From IMG/VR virus record IMGVR_UViG_3300009506_000203: a stretch of 22,410 nucleotides of DNA. The stretch is one strand, 5' to 3'. Positions 1 to 8,267 of the stretch are shown here, piece after piece. Position numbers and translations under genes: made by a program. Origin of the DNA: a virus. Position 1 is the stretch's first letter. The number at the start of each line of letters is the position of its first letter. The notes below the pieces were generated by a model, which saw only the letters and a list, made by a program, of their open reading frames with translations, made no database searches and was not told the DNA's origin.

Positions 1-1
1 G

Positions 2-958
2 GACCACGTCAACATCCGGCTGAAGCTGTCCCACCGGGTCAGCTTCGAGGGTGACCCCGAGAAGTGGTTCGACGTGGAGAACTACGTCAAGTTCCTGTGC
101 GACCACGTCCGGTCGGTGCTCAAGGGCGCCGTCAAGCGGATGACCGTCGAGAGCTTCTACGAGAACGCTGTGGACTTCGTCCGCGATACGATTCTCGGGA
201 AGGCCGAGGAGAAGGCCGGTCGGCCAGGCATGGTGTTCGAGGAGAACGGCATGCGCATCGTGGACATCGAGGTGCTGAGCATCCAGATCGTGGATCAGAC
301 GGTGTCCCAGCTGCTCGCGCAGGCGCAGCATGATGTCGTCGCCGGCAACATCATGCTCGACAAGGAGCGGCGCCAGCTGGTACTGACCCAGGAGCGTGAG
401 CGTGTCGCGCGCGAGCGCCGCGAGGCCGAGTACGAGACCGCCGCCCACGGGCTGAAGCTCACGTCGCAGCAGATCGCGGCCGAGCTTCAGGTCGAGATCG
501 AGCGGGCCAACAGCCAGCTCCAGCAGCAGAACAAGGAGAAGCAGGCCGTCGTGGCGGCCCGCGAGGCGATCTCCGACACCGAGCACAAGGCCAGCCTGGA
601 TCGGATCCAGGCGACCGAGCAGCAGCGGCTCAACGTCAAGAAGTCCGAGATCGACCTCCAGCGCGAGAGCCTGGAGGCCGAGGCCAACTCCGTGGTCAAG
701 CGGTTCGAGGCGCTTCAGCCACGGTTCACCGAGGCGCTGCTGGCGCTCCGCGACAGCCGCACCATCGAGGCCGTGGCCGAGGCGTGGAGCATGAACCGGG
801 TCGTCGGCGGCGCCAGCGTGGCCGACGCGCTGAGCACGGTGTTCAAGAACACCCCGCTCGGTGGGATCGCGCAGCGGCTCGCTGGCAGCAACGGCGAGTC
901 CGCTACGGTCGTTCCCGAGCCGCCGCAGCCGCCGACGAGGCCGCGTAGCCGGTCGTAG
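2..958 (+). CDS. SPFH/band-7 (flotillin-like) domain protein, 5'-truncated by the window edge
   Basis: The reading frame is open from nt 2, and listed ORF 74..958 is only its in-window Met-to-stop part. The block IVDIEVLSIQIVDQTVSQLLAQAQ followed by a long Q/E/R-rich coiled coil is typical of the C-terminal half of SPFH proteins. GC3 is high. Confidence 0.5.
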   Translation, partial: DHVNIRLKLSHRVSFEGDPEKWFDVENYVKFLCDHVRSVLKGAVKRMTVESFYENAVDFVRDTILGKAEEKAGRPGMVFEENGMRIVDIEVLSIQIVDQTVSQLLAQAQHDVVAGNIMLDKERRQLVLTQERERVARERREAEYETAAHGLKLTSQQIAAELQVEIERANSQLQQQNKEKQAVVAAREAISDTEHKASLDRIQATEQQRLNVKKSEIDLQRESLEAEANSVVKRFEALQPRFTEALLALRDSRTIEAVAEAWSMNRVVGGASVADALSTVFKNTPLGGIAQRLAGSNGESATVVPEPPQPPTRPRSRS

Positions 959-960
959 CG

Positions 961-1176
961 ATGCCTGACATCACGATGTGTACTGGAGGGGACTGCCCGT
1001 TCAAGGGCAACTGCTGGCGTGCTACGGCCACGCCGACGCCTATGCGCCAGTCCTGGTTCGAGGCGCCGCCGTTCCGTAAGGGACCTGGCGTGGACCGTGC
1101 AGGTGACGAGTTCGCCTGCTGCGCAGTAGACTCGTCGGTGGTCTCCTGCACCTACTACATCGATGACCGCTCCTAG
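961..1176 (+). CDS. small Cys-rich protein (CTGGDCPFKGNCWR...CC...C), possible metal-binding
   Basis: The ATG lies 2 nt after the upstream stop, suggesting coupling. It has 8 Cys in 71 aa. It is followed by a strong terminator. Confidence 0.45.
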   Translation: MPDITMCTGGDCPFKGNCWRATATPTPMRQSWFEAPPFRKGPGVDRAGDEFACCAVDSSVVSCTYYIDDRS

Positions 1177-1180
1177 ACAA

Positions 1181-1222
1181 GCCGGGGCCGGCGCCCTGCC
1201 ATCCACGCCGGCCCCGGTTTTG
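1181..1222 (+). terminator. intrinsic terminator (11-bp GC stem 1182-1192/1207-1217, then TTTT)
   Basis: CCGGGGCCGGC and GCCGGCCCCGG form a perfect inverted repeat followed by TTTTG, directly after the stop at 1176. Confidence 0.6.
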
Positions 1223-1251
1223 TCACCCCAGTCTGCTAACGTGCCCCCATC
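1218..1251 (+). promoter_or_regulatory. conserved cassette TTTGTCAC-N5-TCTGCTAA (copy A) preceding the operon head
   Basis: TTGTCAC at 1220-1226 and TCTGCTAA at 1232-1239 sit 12 nt upstream of ATG 1252. Copy B at 5116-5135 has identical spacing. TAACGT (1237-1242) is a possible -10. Confidence 0.4.
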
Positions 1252-1827
1252 ATGATCGCCGGGATCACAGGCCACCGGCCCTTGAAGCTAGGTGGCTACG
1301 ACGAACCCATGCGTGAGATTCTGGTCGAGACGCTGGCCGGACTTCTTGTCCGTGACGGCGCGACTCGTGGAGTCACCGGCATGGCCATCGGCGCTGATCA
1401 ATACTTCGCCGAGGCGTGCCTGTCTTTGCGCATTCCCTTCACGGCCGCGGTCCCCTTCGAGGGCCAGGAATCTAGGTGGCCGCCAGCTGCACAGCGCAAC
1501 TACCACAGGCTGCTCGCACTGGCCGCCAGCGTCGTCTACGTCTCGCCGCCGGGCTACGCCTTGTGGAAGATGCAGGCACGCAACCAGTGGGTGGTCGATC
1601 ACTGCGATCAACTCTACGCCGTCTGGGACGGCAGCACGGGCGGCACCGCCAACACGGTCATCTTGGCCAACAGGGCTCAGAGGATCGTGGAAGTCATCAA
1701 CCCAAGAGAGCTGATACATGCCCAACGAAACCCCCAACGATCAGCCGAGCGAAGACAGCCGGCCCTGGTGGCAACTGGTTCGCGTACAAGCCTTCGGCGG
1801 CCGGGTAAAGGAGCTGGAGACGCCTGA
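1252..1827 (+). CDS. YpsA/DUF1273-like SLOG-domain protein
   Basis: The N-terminal ITGHRP...LGG, the GMAIGADQYFAEA and the NQWVVDHCDQLYAVWDG blocks match the YpsA family pattern recalled from memory. The last ~36 codons overlap the next gene out of frame and have lower GC3. Confidence 0.5.
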   Translation: MIAGITGHRPLKLGGYDEPMREILVETLAGLLVRDGATRGVTGMAIGADQYFAEACLSLRIPFTAAVPFEGQESRWPPAAQRNYHRLLALAASVVYVSPPGYALWKMQARNQWVVDHCDQLYAVWDGSTGGTANTVILANRAQRIVEVINPRELIHAQRNPQRSAERRQPALVATGSRTSLRRPGKGAGDA

Positions 1828-2275
1828 GCTACGCGCCATCCACGAGGAGATTCAAGGAGCCGTACTGGGATTGCAGGGGGAGATAGAAGCCGAGAGCTAC
1901 GAGCTGCAAGTGGTCCGCGACCTGGCCCGCAAGCTTGGACCAGCCATCGCTTTCGATGCAGATCGGTTTGCTGCGGCCATCGTGAAGGAGTACGAGATTG
2001 CGCTCGACGAAGCGCATGAGATGGTGGACACCTTCGACTGGTGGCAGCGCGCGCGGAAGGCGCTCGGCTTCATGAAGCAGAAGCAGTCCATCGTCAGCGC
2101 CGAGGTAGCCCGCCGCCGAGCTGGCGATGCGGAGCAAGCTGTGTTCGCCATCAAAGGCAAGGTCAAGAAAGCCTCCTTGCTGCTCACTCGAATCCGCAGC
2201 AAGAACTCAGCCCTCGCCGAGGCCCGCAAGCTCATCGACGAGGTCGAATCACATCTGGACAAGGTAGGACCATGA
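1718..2275 (+). CDS. hypothetical protein (185 aa)
   Basis: It has an ATG start, high GC3 from the start, and an ATGA overlap with the next gene. Confidence 0.5.
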   Translation: MPNETPNDQPSEDSRPWWQLVRVQAFGGRVKELETPELRAIHEEIQGAVLGLQGEIEAESYELQVVRDLARKLGPAIAFDADRFAAAIVKEYEIALDEAHEMVDTFDWWQRARKALGFMKQKQSIVSAEVARRRAGDAEQAVFAIKGKVKKASLLLTRIRSKNSALAEARKLIDEVESHLDKVGP

Positions 2276-2472
2276 CACTCAGAGATACCAAGCCTGGTGA
2301 GCAGGTGATCAGCAACTCGTGGACCGGGTTCGTTTGGAAGACGGAGAACGTCCCCCGTGAGCTGACTGTGATCGAGCACGTCGGTGACTGCGTGTGGTGC
2401 AGATCCACTGACGGGTTCAACGCCGAGCGCTATCCCCTTCACGCCGACCTGGTCTGCCGCCGTGTCGTATGA
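2272..2472 (+). CDS. hypothetical small protein (66 aa, CxxC near the C-terminus)
   Basis: ATG 2272 overlaps the upstream stop in an ATGA, and AAGGTAGGA lies upstream. The listed ORF 2041..2472 is an upstream extension in the same frame. Confidence 0.45.
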   Translation: MTLRDTKPGEQVISNSWTGFVWKTENVPRELTVIEHVGDCVWCRSTDGFNAERYPLHADLVCRRVV

Positions 2473-2744
2473 TCGTCGTGCGGCTAGAGGTGTGGCCGCG
2501 GGGTAGGGAGGCGGCTAAGACCGAGCTGGGACTCGTGAAGATCGAGAACGATCTCACCGGAACGACCGCGCTCGGCAACTACATCTACACGTTTCTGCGC
2601 AAGCCGGCAGAGGCTATCCACCCGCGAGTCTGGATTCAGGGTCGCGTCGAGGGGTTTCCCCGCGCTCCTGCGGTCACGACCAGCCCCTGGCAGCTGCTGC
2701 GAGGTGTTCTCGACCACGCGCTAGGAGCTTCGGTATGGCCCTGA
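2469..2744 (+). CDS. hypothetical protein (91 aa)
   Basis: It has an ATGA overlap with the upstream gene and sits in an operon context. Confidence 0.5.
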   Translation: MIVVRLEVWPRGREAAKTELGLVKIENDLTGTTALGNYIYTFLRKPAEAIHPRVWIQGRVEGFPRAPAVTTSPWQLLRGVLDHALGASVWP

Positions 2745-3172
2745 CCCGTAAGATCGCCACCGAGCTGGTCGATGCCCTCAACGACCAGATGGAGCGTTGC
2801 CCTGGCTGCCACGGCGTCGGCAAGGTTCGACAGAGCGGCGACTACCAGGCCTGCTTCTGCCTGGTCTGCGAGGAGTCGGCGCGGGCGCTCTACCTGCTCA
2901 ACAGGAACGACCCCGACAGCATGGCCAAGCTCTCTGACCCGCACGTCCTGGAGGTGCTGCGGCCTGACTACGAGCGCACGGCCAACGCCGCTCGCGAGTT
3001 CGTCAAGCGCTGCCCTGGCTGCTTCGGAATCGGCAAGGTTTGGGCCGGAGCCCAACAGCGCTACTGCCTGGTGTGCCACCGACTCAGGCGTGCCATCGAA
3101 GCCTACGACGGCGTGACCGAGCTGGACAGCACACAGCCGAACGTCGTTCCGATCCCAACGAGGAAGCTATGA
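2735..3172 (+). CDS. tandem CxxCxGxG (DnaJ CR-type) zinc-finger protein
   Basis: Two repeats are present: RCPGCHGVGKV...CLVCE and RCPGCFGIGKV...CLVCH. AGGAG lies 7 nt upstream of the ATG. Confidence 0.55.
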   Translation: MALTRKIATELVDALNDQMERCPGCHGVGKVRQSGDYQACFCLVCEESARALYLLNRNDPDSMAKLSDPHVLEVLRPDYERTANAAREFVKRCPGCFGIGKVWAGAQQRYCLVCHRLRRAIEAYDGVTELDSTQPNVVPIPTRKL

Positions 3173-3756
3173 AGCAACGCGTGACGGCCACTGGCGTGGT
3201 CAACTGGGAAGGCACCGACCTCGATCCAGCTCGGGATGAGTTGATCGACGAGCGGTTCTTGCGCCCATCGATCGTGCGCGAGTTCATCCGTGCGACTGCA
3301 CCGAGCAAAGATGCTGCGAGCTGCCCCTGCTGTGGCCAGTTCGCCAAGGTCTACAAGCGGCACATCACAGGCGCGATGGCATGTGCTCTGATTCAGATCT
3401 ACCGGTACTACTGGAAGAACGCCTGGACTACCGAGTGGCTGCATGTCCCCGAGTACCTCGCGGCGCAGAAGATGCCCGCCAAGGTCAAAGCGGGTTGGCA
3501 CGGTGGAGATTGGTCGAAGCTCCGCTTCTGGCAGCTCATCGAGCCGAAGGACGACGAGCGCGCGGATGGTTCTCCTCGGGTCGGCTTCTACCGCATCACT
3601 GACCTCGGTCGGGACTTCGTCGAGCGCAAGATGGAGGTCCCCAAGTACGTCTTCCTCTACGCGAAGACACCGCTCGGGCTCGCGCTGCCCTACATCACCA
3701 TCGAGGACGCGCTCGGCGCTTCGTTTAGCTACAGCTCCTTGATGGACGGCATCTAA
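3169..3756 (+). CDS. hypothetical protein with a CPCCG motif (195 aa)
   Basis: ATG 3169 overlaps stop 3172 (ATGA). The listed ORF 3040..3756 is an upstream extension in the same frame. Confidence 0.5.
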   Translation: MKQRVTATGVVNWEGTDLDPARDELIDERFLRPSIVREFIRATAPSKDAASCPCCGQFAKVYKRHITGAMACALIQIYRYYWKNAWTTEWLHVPEYLAAQKMPAKVKAGWHGGDWSKLRFWQLIEPKDDERADGSPRVGFYRITDLGRDFVERKMEVPKYVFLYAKTPLGLALPYITIEDALGASFSYSSLMDGI

Positions 3757-3811
3757 CGCACCGATTCAACTCCAGTAGCCAGATACCTCACCCGGAAATG
3801 GTATCGCGACG

Positions 3812-3842
3812 TACACTCCGCCAATTGATCGCAGCTGCGATC
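3812..3842 (+). promoter_or_regulatory. -10-like TACACT (3812-3817) followed by palindrome GATCGCAGCTGCGATC (3827-3842, site 1)
   Basis: The 16-bp perfect palindrome lies in the 106-bp gap before gene 3863. The -10-like hexamer ends 9 nt upstream, and GGGGG (the SD) follows the palindrome. Confidence 0.4.
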
Positions 3843-3862
3843 CCATTTTCCAGGGGGTCACT

Positions 3863-4435
3863 ATGTTCCTTTTGCTTGTACTTCTCAGCGCGTTTCTAGC
3901 GCCCATTCAAACAGCGCAGATTCCGACTGGTGGCTCCATGCGCACGAGTCGCGGCATCTCGACGATCTTCGGCTACTACGGTGACCGCTATGGCCGAAGC
4001 CCAACTCGCTGCCTCTACGATGATGACGGCAACAAGCGCCCCGTTGATCCCGAGCACGATATCGGCATCGCGCACCGCGATCTAGACTGTGGCGCGGTCG
4101 TCTACATCACCAACCTGGAGACCGGGCTGTCGATCCGAGCTGTGGTCGTGGATGCAGGACCGTGGGGCGCGATGTCGAAGAACGCCGCTGGCAAGCCGAT
4201 CTGGTACGTCAAAAAGAACACGAATGCTCGGCCAGGCCGCGATGTCTGCCCTTCGAGGAAGTGCCCGGTCGGCCGCTGGCGCGGGATAGCCGACCTCACG
4301 CCCAAAGCGGCTGAGCTGCTCGGCCACGACGGCTGGGCGAAGATCGTCCTCACCTATGACAAGCGCGACCTGCGCAGCTACAAACGGCTTCAGAAGGCCA
4401 AAGAGGCTCACGAGGACAGGAGGAACCAGAGCTGA
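3863..4435 (+). CDS. secreted RlpA-like double-psi beta-barrel (DPBB) protein
   Basis: The N-terminal signal peptide is MFLLLVLLSAFLAPIQTA. YYGDRYGRSPTRCLYDD...IGIAHRDLDCGAVVYITNLETGLSIRAVVVDAGPWG matches the RlpA DPBB pattern. Confidence 0.6.
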   Translation: MFLLLVLLSAFLAPIQTAQIPTGGSMRTSRGISTIFGYYGDRYGRSPTRCLYDDDGNKRPVDPEHDIGIAHRDLDCGAVVYITNLETGLSIRAVVVDAGPWGAMSKNAAGKPIWYVKKNTNARPGRDVCPSRKCPVGRWRGIADLTPKAAELLGHDGWAKIVLTYDKRDLRSYKRLQKAKEAHEDRRNQS

Positions 4436-4809
4436 TGCGACGCGTGATCATCGAGAGTCCCTACGCCGGCAACATCGAGGAGAACCTGGCCTACGTCCGC
4501 GCAGCGATGAAGGACAGCTTGAGTCGAGGTGAAGCTCCATTCGCATCCCATGCGTTGTACACGCAGCCTGGCGTCCTCAACGACGATGTCCCCGAGGAGC
4601 GCGAATGGGGCATCCATGCGGGGTTCGCATGGCGAGCTGCTGCCGAGGCGACCGTCGTCTACACCGACTACGGCATCTCGAAGGGCATGACATACGGCAT
4701 CGAAGCCGCGCAGAAAATGGGACAGCCGGTCGAGTACCGCACGTTGACGGCCGCAGCCCTGGCAGTGCTGAAGGCGATCAGCGAGTCATCACAGCCAGTA
4801 CCAGCCTAG
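4435..4809 (+). CDS. DUF4406 / nucleoside 2-deoxyribosyltransferase-like protein
   Basis: The N-terminus VIIESPYAGNIEENLAYVRAA resembles the AGPxSG...N motif of NDT-like phage proteins. There is a TGATG overlap with the upstream gene. Confidence 0.4.
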   Translation: MRRVIIESPYAGNIEENLAYVRAAMKDSLSRGEAPFASHALYTQPGVLNDDVPEEREWGIHAGFAWRAAAEATVVYTDYGISKGMTYGIEAAQKMGQPVEYRTLTAAALAVLKAISESSQPVPA

Positions 4810-4845
4810 CTATCACGACTAGTGCCGCCGTGATAGGATTACGGG
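4810..4845 (+). promoter_or_regulatory. inverted repeat CTATCACG-N11-CGTGATAG overlapping the extended -10 TGATAGGAT; leaderless promoter for 4846
   Basis: The arms are at 4810-4817 and 4829-4836. TGA-TAGGAT (4831-4839) ends 6 nt before ATG 4846, and there is no SD. Confidence 0.45.
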
Positions 4846-5037
4846 ATGCCGCGCAAGAGTTCGTCGCCATCCATCCGCACCTACCCCTACGTAGTCCGCT
4901 ACAAGAAGGGCGGGGCGACCTTCATGACGACGAAGAAGGGCGCTTGCGAGATGGCTGGCGTGATGCGCGAGCACTCTCCTCGAATCTACCTTCGGACAAC
5001 TGCGGGGGAATCGCGTATCAGCTGCAAGCGTCGCTAG
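4846..5037 (+). CDS. small basic protein (63 aa), leaderless
   Basis: It has an ATG start, GC3 of about 70%, and a putative terminator downstream. Confidence 0.4.
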   Translation: MPRKSSSPSIRTYPYVVRYKKGGATFMTTKKGACEMAGVMREHSPRIYLRTTAGESRISCKRR

Positions 5038-5080
5038 CTCTAGCTGGACTGAGTTGGCTGCGTGGCTCTAGGCGCGAATA

Positions 5081-5110
5081 GCCCCAGACGGGGCCGAATC
5101 GCGTCTTTTT
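5081..5110 (+). terminator. putative intrinsic terminator (GCCCCAGACGGGGC hairpin ... TCTTTTT)
   Basis: A 5-bp GC stem sits at 5081-5094, and the alternative stem AGACG/CGTCT ends in the T-run 5106-5110. Confidence 0.45.
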
Positions 5111-5114
5111 CGCA

Positions 5115-5146
5115 TTTGTCACACCTCTCTGCTAAAAAGAGGGTCC
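5115..5146 (+). promoter_or_regulatory. conserved cassette TTTGTCAC-N5-TCTGCTAA (copy B) plus SD AAAAGAGGG
   Basis: TTGTCAC is at 5116-5122, TCTGCTAA at 5128-5135, and the ATG at 5147. The spacing is the same as in copy A. Confidence 0.4.
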
Positions 5147-5542
5147 ATGAAAGACATGTTCGATCTGGAATCGAAGGTCCCCGACGAGCCGGAGGCCGAG
5201 ACGACCGAGGAGCAGGCGCCTGAAGGGCAGCCCGCAGCGCAGCCGCCGGGCGGTAACTACATCGTGCAGAACATCGTTCCGATGTTTCCCGGGTGGAGCG
5301 CCTGCTACGGTGACCCTGAAGTGCCCGAAGGCGTGATCACCTTCCCGGTCGTCGCACTCGCGCTGGTCCTGCTGCAACACCCCGACGGCCGCGCTGAGCA
5401 GACGGTCCGACATCTGGTCTCGACGCCGGCCGGGCAGATCGACGACATCGTCGAGTTACCTAACTTCATCTGTGTTGTGTCGCCGGGGCAGTCGCCCGAG
5501 GCGATCATCTCAGCCATGCAGAAGCTGCAAACGGCTTCCTAG
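5147..5542 (+). CDS. hypothetical protein (131 aa, acidic N-terminus)
   Basis: It has an ATG with an SD. Confidence 0.5.
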   Translation: MKDMFDLESKVPDEPEAETTEEQAPEGQPAAQPPGGNYIVQNIVPMFPGWSACYGDPEVPEGVITFPVVALALVLLQHPDGRAEQTVRHLVSTPAGQIDDIVELPNFICVVSPGQSPEAIISAMQKLQTAS

Positions 5543-5556
5543 CAGAGGAGAAACGA

Positions 5557-5865
5557 ATGTCGATCGAACCTGGTCTCTATGAGCACTTCAAAGGCGGCAG
5601 AGTCGTCGTTCTCGGCACTGCCAAGCACTCCGAAGCGCACCACATGCAGCTCGTCGTCTACCACGACGCGAAGAACCCGGATCAACTCTGGGCGCGCCCC
5701 CTGGAGATGTTCGACCAGCGGCTCCAGCGCGGTGAGTACGACGGCCCGCGGTTCTGGCCCATCGAGGAAGACGGGACGCCCATCAAGCGTGCGGCCGAGG
5801 AGAAGAAGGCCGAGCCCGAGCAGCCTCGCCACGACGCTTCCATGGTCGGGCAGCGCCAGTCCTGA
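5557..5865 (+). CDS. DUF1653 family protein
   Basis: PGLYEHFKGGRVVVLGTAKHSE...LVVYHD...LWARPLEMF matches the DUF1653 signature. The SD is GAGGAG. Confidence 0.65.
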   Translation: MSIEPGLYEHFKGGRVVVLGTAKHSEAHHMQLVVYHDAKNPDQLWARPLEMFDQRLQRGEYDGPRFWPIEEDGTPIKRAAEEKKAEPEQPRHDASMVGQRQS

Positions 5866-5883
5866 TCCCACCGAGCCGCTGAC

Positions 5884-6507
5884 ATGGGCGGCGACAACCC
5901 ACTCAAGCGCTGGAATCACCCGAACCACCACGCCGGGTTCCTCGCTGATCTAGCCATCCTGATCTACCGCCGGGGTGCGCGAGAGCGCGCCCTTCCCGGC
6001 GACCGTCCGCCTCCGGCGAGCGACACAGAACCGAAGCGGCTCAAGCGGTACTACAAAGCCGCCAGGGCAACTGTACGCGGCACGAGGACGGTCTGGACCG
6101 CCGAGGACAAACAGCGCTTCCAAGCAAACTGGGGGCGGCTCACGCACAACCCACAGGGGTTGCTGAGCCTTTGGAGTGAGGGCATCTTCCCCTATGGAGA
6201 GCTGGTAGCTGCGGCCGGGCAAATCCTCATCGGCCGCCTACTCGACCTTCAGCCAGCTAAGCGCATTCAGTACCTGAGCAGCGTCCGCGCTTGGGCTACA
6301 ATCACAGAGGACGATGTCTCCGACCTCGAAATACGGTGGCGGATCCGTGACTGGCTCGCGCTGGCCGAGGACGAAGTCACCAACATACCGCCAAACGCCC
6401 GGCTCGCTGCGGCCGCGGCTTGGAGGGTCGGCGCTTACCCGGTTGCTTTCCAGATCGTCGTGGATGCGGCAGCAGCAGTGGTGGAGAAGGTTGGAACACG
6501 ACGTTAA
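5884..6507 (+). CDS. hypothetical protein (207 aa)
   Basis: It has an ATG start and coding-like composition through to the stop. Confidence 0.45.
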   Translation: MGGDNPLKRWNHPNHHAGFLADLAILIYRRGARERALPGDRPPPASDTEPKRLKRYYKAARATVRGTRTVWTAEDKQRFQANWGRLTHNPQGLLSLWSEGIFPYGELVAAAGQILIGRLLDLQPAKRIQYLSSVRAWATITEDDVSDLEIRWRIRDWLALAEDEVTNIPPNARLAAAAAWRVGAYPVAFQIVVDAAAAVVEKVGTRR

Positions 6508-6517
6508 CCGCTGGTTT

Positions 6518-7204
6518 GTGACGCCCTGGCATGACTGCCGCAAAGCAGCTGCATGCTGCGTCGAGCTGGCACGGCTCGTGATGGCAGCTGCCGCGAAGCC
6601 CGCTGGATTTGGGTCGCAACCGGTGAGGGCAGCCAAACACCGCCGCCAGATGACTGATGCGGAGAGGACGATCGAGTGCGCGCTCCAGTTCGTCGAGAGC
6701 TACATCGACGGGACGATCTGCGAGTGGGCTGTCAACGATGACGACTACGACGGTCGCGATCCAATCGCTTGGATCTATGACGCAGCGGCGGAGTACGCCG
6801 ATGACGCATGGCGCGCGGGGTTTCTGCATGGCGAAGCCGATCGTAGTGCAGCCGGGGACATCGCAAAGCTCGGTTGCACCATTGTGCAGAAGTGGGCCGC
6901 AAACTCTACTGGTGGGGGAGCAGTGCCAAACACGATGGTGCAGCAAGCGGCGCAACTAGCGATCGGAGTCCGCGGGAACGTTGACTACGACGAGGTCTCG
7001 GCCGTCGCCTGTCGATGGCGATTCCACGACGCGCTCGGTGATGACACGGCTCCGACCGAGGAGCTGCGGCTGGCCTTCGAGGCTGCGTGGGACATCGGCC
7101 AGTATGAGTTTGCCTACCAGCTATGCCGACCACTCGACGAGGATATGATAGAAGATGAGCATGGAGATCGAGAGGAAGTTCCTGCTGCCGAGTCTGCCGG
7201 CTGA
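6518..7204 (+). CDS. hypothetical acidic protein; start uncertain (GTG 6518 or ATG 6581)
   Basis: The listed ORF 6314..7204 overlaps the upstream gene, but its first ~65 codons look like off-frame S/R/P-rich sequence. The first plausible starts after stop 6507 are GTG 6518 and ATG 6581. Confidence 0.4.
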   Translation: MTPWHDCRKAAACCVELARLVMAAAAKPAGFGSQPVRAAKHRRQMTDAERTIECALQFVESYIDGTICEWAVNDDDYDGRDPIAWIYDAAAEYADDAWRAGFLHGEADRSAAGDIAKLGCTIVQKWAANSTGGGAVPNTMVQQAAQLAIGVRGNVDYDEVSAVACRWRFHDALGDDTAPTEELRLAFEAAWDIGQYEFAYQLCRPLDEDMIEDEHGDREEVPAAESAG

Positions 7205-7622
7205 GATCCGGTCCATCACTCCGCTTACGATCACTCAGGGCTACGTCTTCGTCGAGCCCGGTGAGCTGCGACTGCGCGAGCAGGGCGACATCCAGTTCGT
7301 CGTGACGGTCAAGGACGATGGCAACCTCGCGCGTCGTGAGTGGTCAACAGAGGTCCCACGCTGGGCGTTCGACCTGCTGTGGCGTCAGACTGAGGGGCGT
7401 CGGCTGCGCAAGCTCCGCCGTATCGTCAAGACTGAGAAGCACACTCTCGAAGTCGATGAGTACGTGGGCAGCCTGACTGGCCTGTTCATCCTCGAAGTCG
7501 AGTTCCCGAGCGAGGCAGCCGCCGCAGCGTTCGAGCTTCCATGGTGGGGCCGAGACGCGCAGGAGGTCACGCAGGACCCGGCCTACAAGAACAAGCGGCT
7601 GGCGGTCAGCGGGCGACCTTGA
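7155..7622 (+). CDS. CYTH-domain (triphosphate tunnel metalloenzyme) protein
   Basis: The N-terminal MSMEIERKFLL is the CYTH EIERKFL signature. GAGGA lies 12 nt upstream. There is a 50-nt overlap with the upstream gene. Confidence 0.55.
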   Translation: MSMEIERKFLLPSLPAEIRSITPLTITQGYVFVEPGELRLREQGDIQFVVTVKDDGNLARREWSTEVPRWAFDLLWRQTEGRRLRKLRRIVKTEKHTLEVDEYVGSLTGLFILEVEFPSEAAAAAFELPWWGRDAQEVTQDPAYKNKRLAVSGRP

Positions 7623-7635
7623 TAGACTGCTGAGC

Positions 7636-7920
7636 ATGCTGGAAGGGAAGCGCACGAAATGTCCGGCCGACGTTCGCCGGGACCTCGTTCGGCTGGCGAA
7701 GGTCGGCCGTAGGCTGCGGCGGCAGATCCGCGAACAAGGCTACACCTTCGACACCGCAGCCATGCCAGAGCGGAAGCTCCGACTGCGTGACGAGGAAGCC
7801 GTCCAGCACGGGCAGCGGCTCGTCGCCGAGGCCGAAGTCGCCGTTCGTCGGGGGCAGTGCGCTGCCGCGCGGGACAAGCTCAACGCGGCCGCGGAGTTCC
7901 TGAACTGGGCCGCGCTGTAA
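7636..7920 (+). CDS. hypothetical basic protein (94 aa), leaderless
   Basis: TGATAGACT (7620-7628) ends 7 nt before ATG 7636, and there is no SD. Confidence 0.4.
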   Translation: MLEGKRTKCPADVRRDLVRLAKVGRRLRRQIREQGYTFDTAAMPERKLRLRDEEAVQHGQRLVAEAEVAVRRGQCAAARDKLNAAAEFLNWAAL

Positions 7921-7939
7921 CCAGCTGAAATTACTCCGC

Positions 7940-7965
7940 TGTATCATCGATCGTAGCCACGATCG
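7940..7965 (+). promoter_or_regulatory. TGTATCAT -10-like element followed by palindrome site 3 (GATCGTAGCCACGATC, 7949-7964)
   Basis: The near-palindrome has GATCG/CGATC arms. TATCAT (7942-7947) is immediately upstream. Confidence 0.4.
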
Positions 7966-8036
7966 GGTTGAATAGCGGGCGGCCAGCAGCCGTCTGACTC
8001 TTGAACGCGCACGGTCCCCGAGGGGACGGAGGCAAG

Positions 8037-8267
8037 ATGAACAAGCCGAATCGAGTCGAGAACGTCGAGGAGTTCTGGTCGGACGCTCCGCCCACGCCGA
8101 GCCCGCGGTTGGTCTACTGGCAGGCGCGCATCGATGCCGGCTGGAGGCCCAACAAGCGCATCAGCAAGATGGGCTACTACAACGCCGCTGAGTTCTTCGG
8201 CGTCTGGATCTGGGAGTACATCAACGTCATCGCGCCGCGTCTCCAGGAGGCCCACGATGTTCCGTGA
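8037..8267 (+). CDS. hypothetical protein (76 aa)
   Basis: The SD CGGAGG (8027-8032) precedes ATG 8037, and a small hairpin GTCCCC/GGGGAC sits just upstream. The listed ORF 8001..8267 is an upstream extension in the same frame. Confidence 0.5.
   Translation: MNKPNRVENVEEFWSDAPPTPSPRLVYWQARIDAGWRPNKRISKMGYYNAAEFFGVWIWEYINVIAPRLQEAHDVP

Noticed and set aside
6377-6955. 192-aa minus-strand ORF, together with the other listed shadow ORFs at 715..1275, 1288..1737, 1897..2442, 2636..3079, 3103..3501, 10345..10986, 12906..13247, 14131..14568 and 14345..14869
   Set aside because: These are alternative-frame or antisense shadows of better-supported genes. They have R/P/S/A-rich composition and no start signals.
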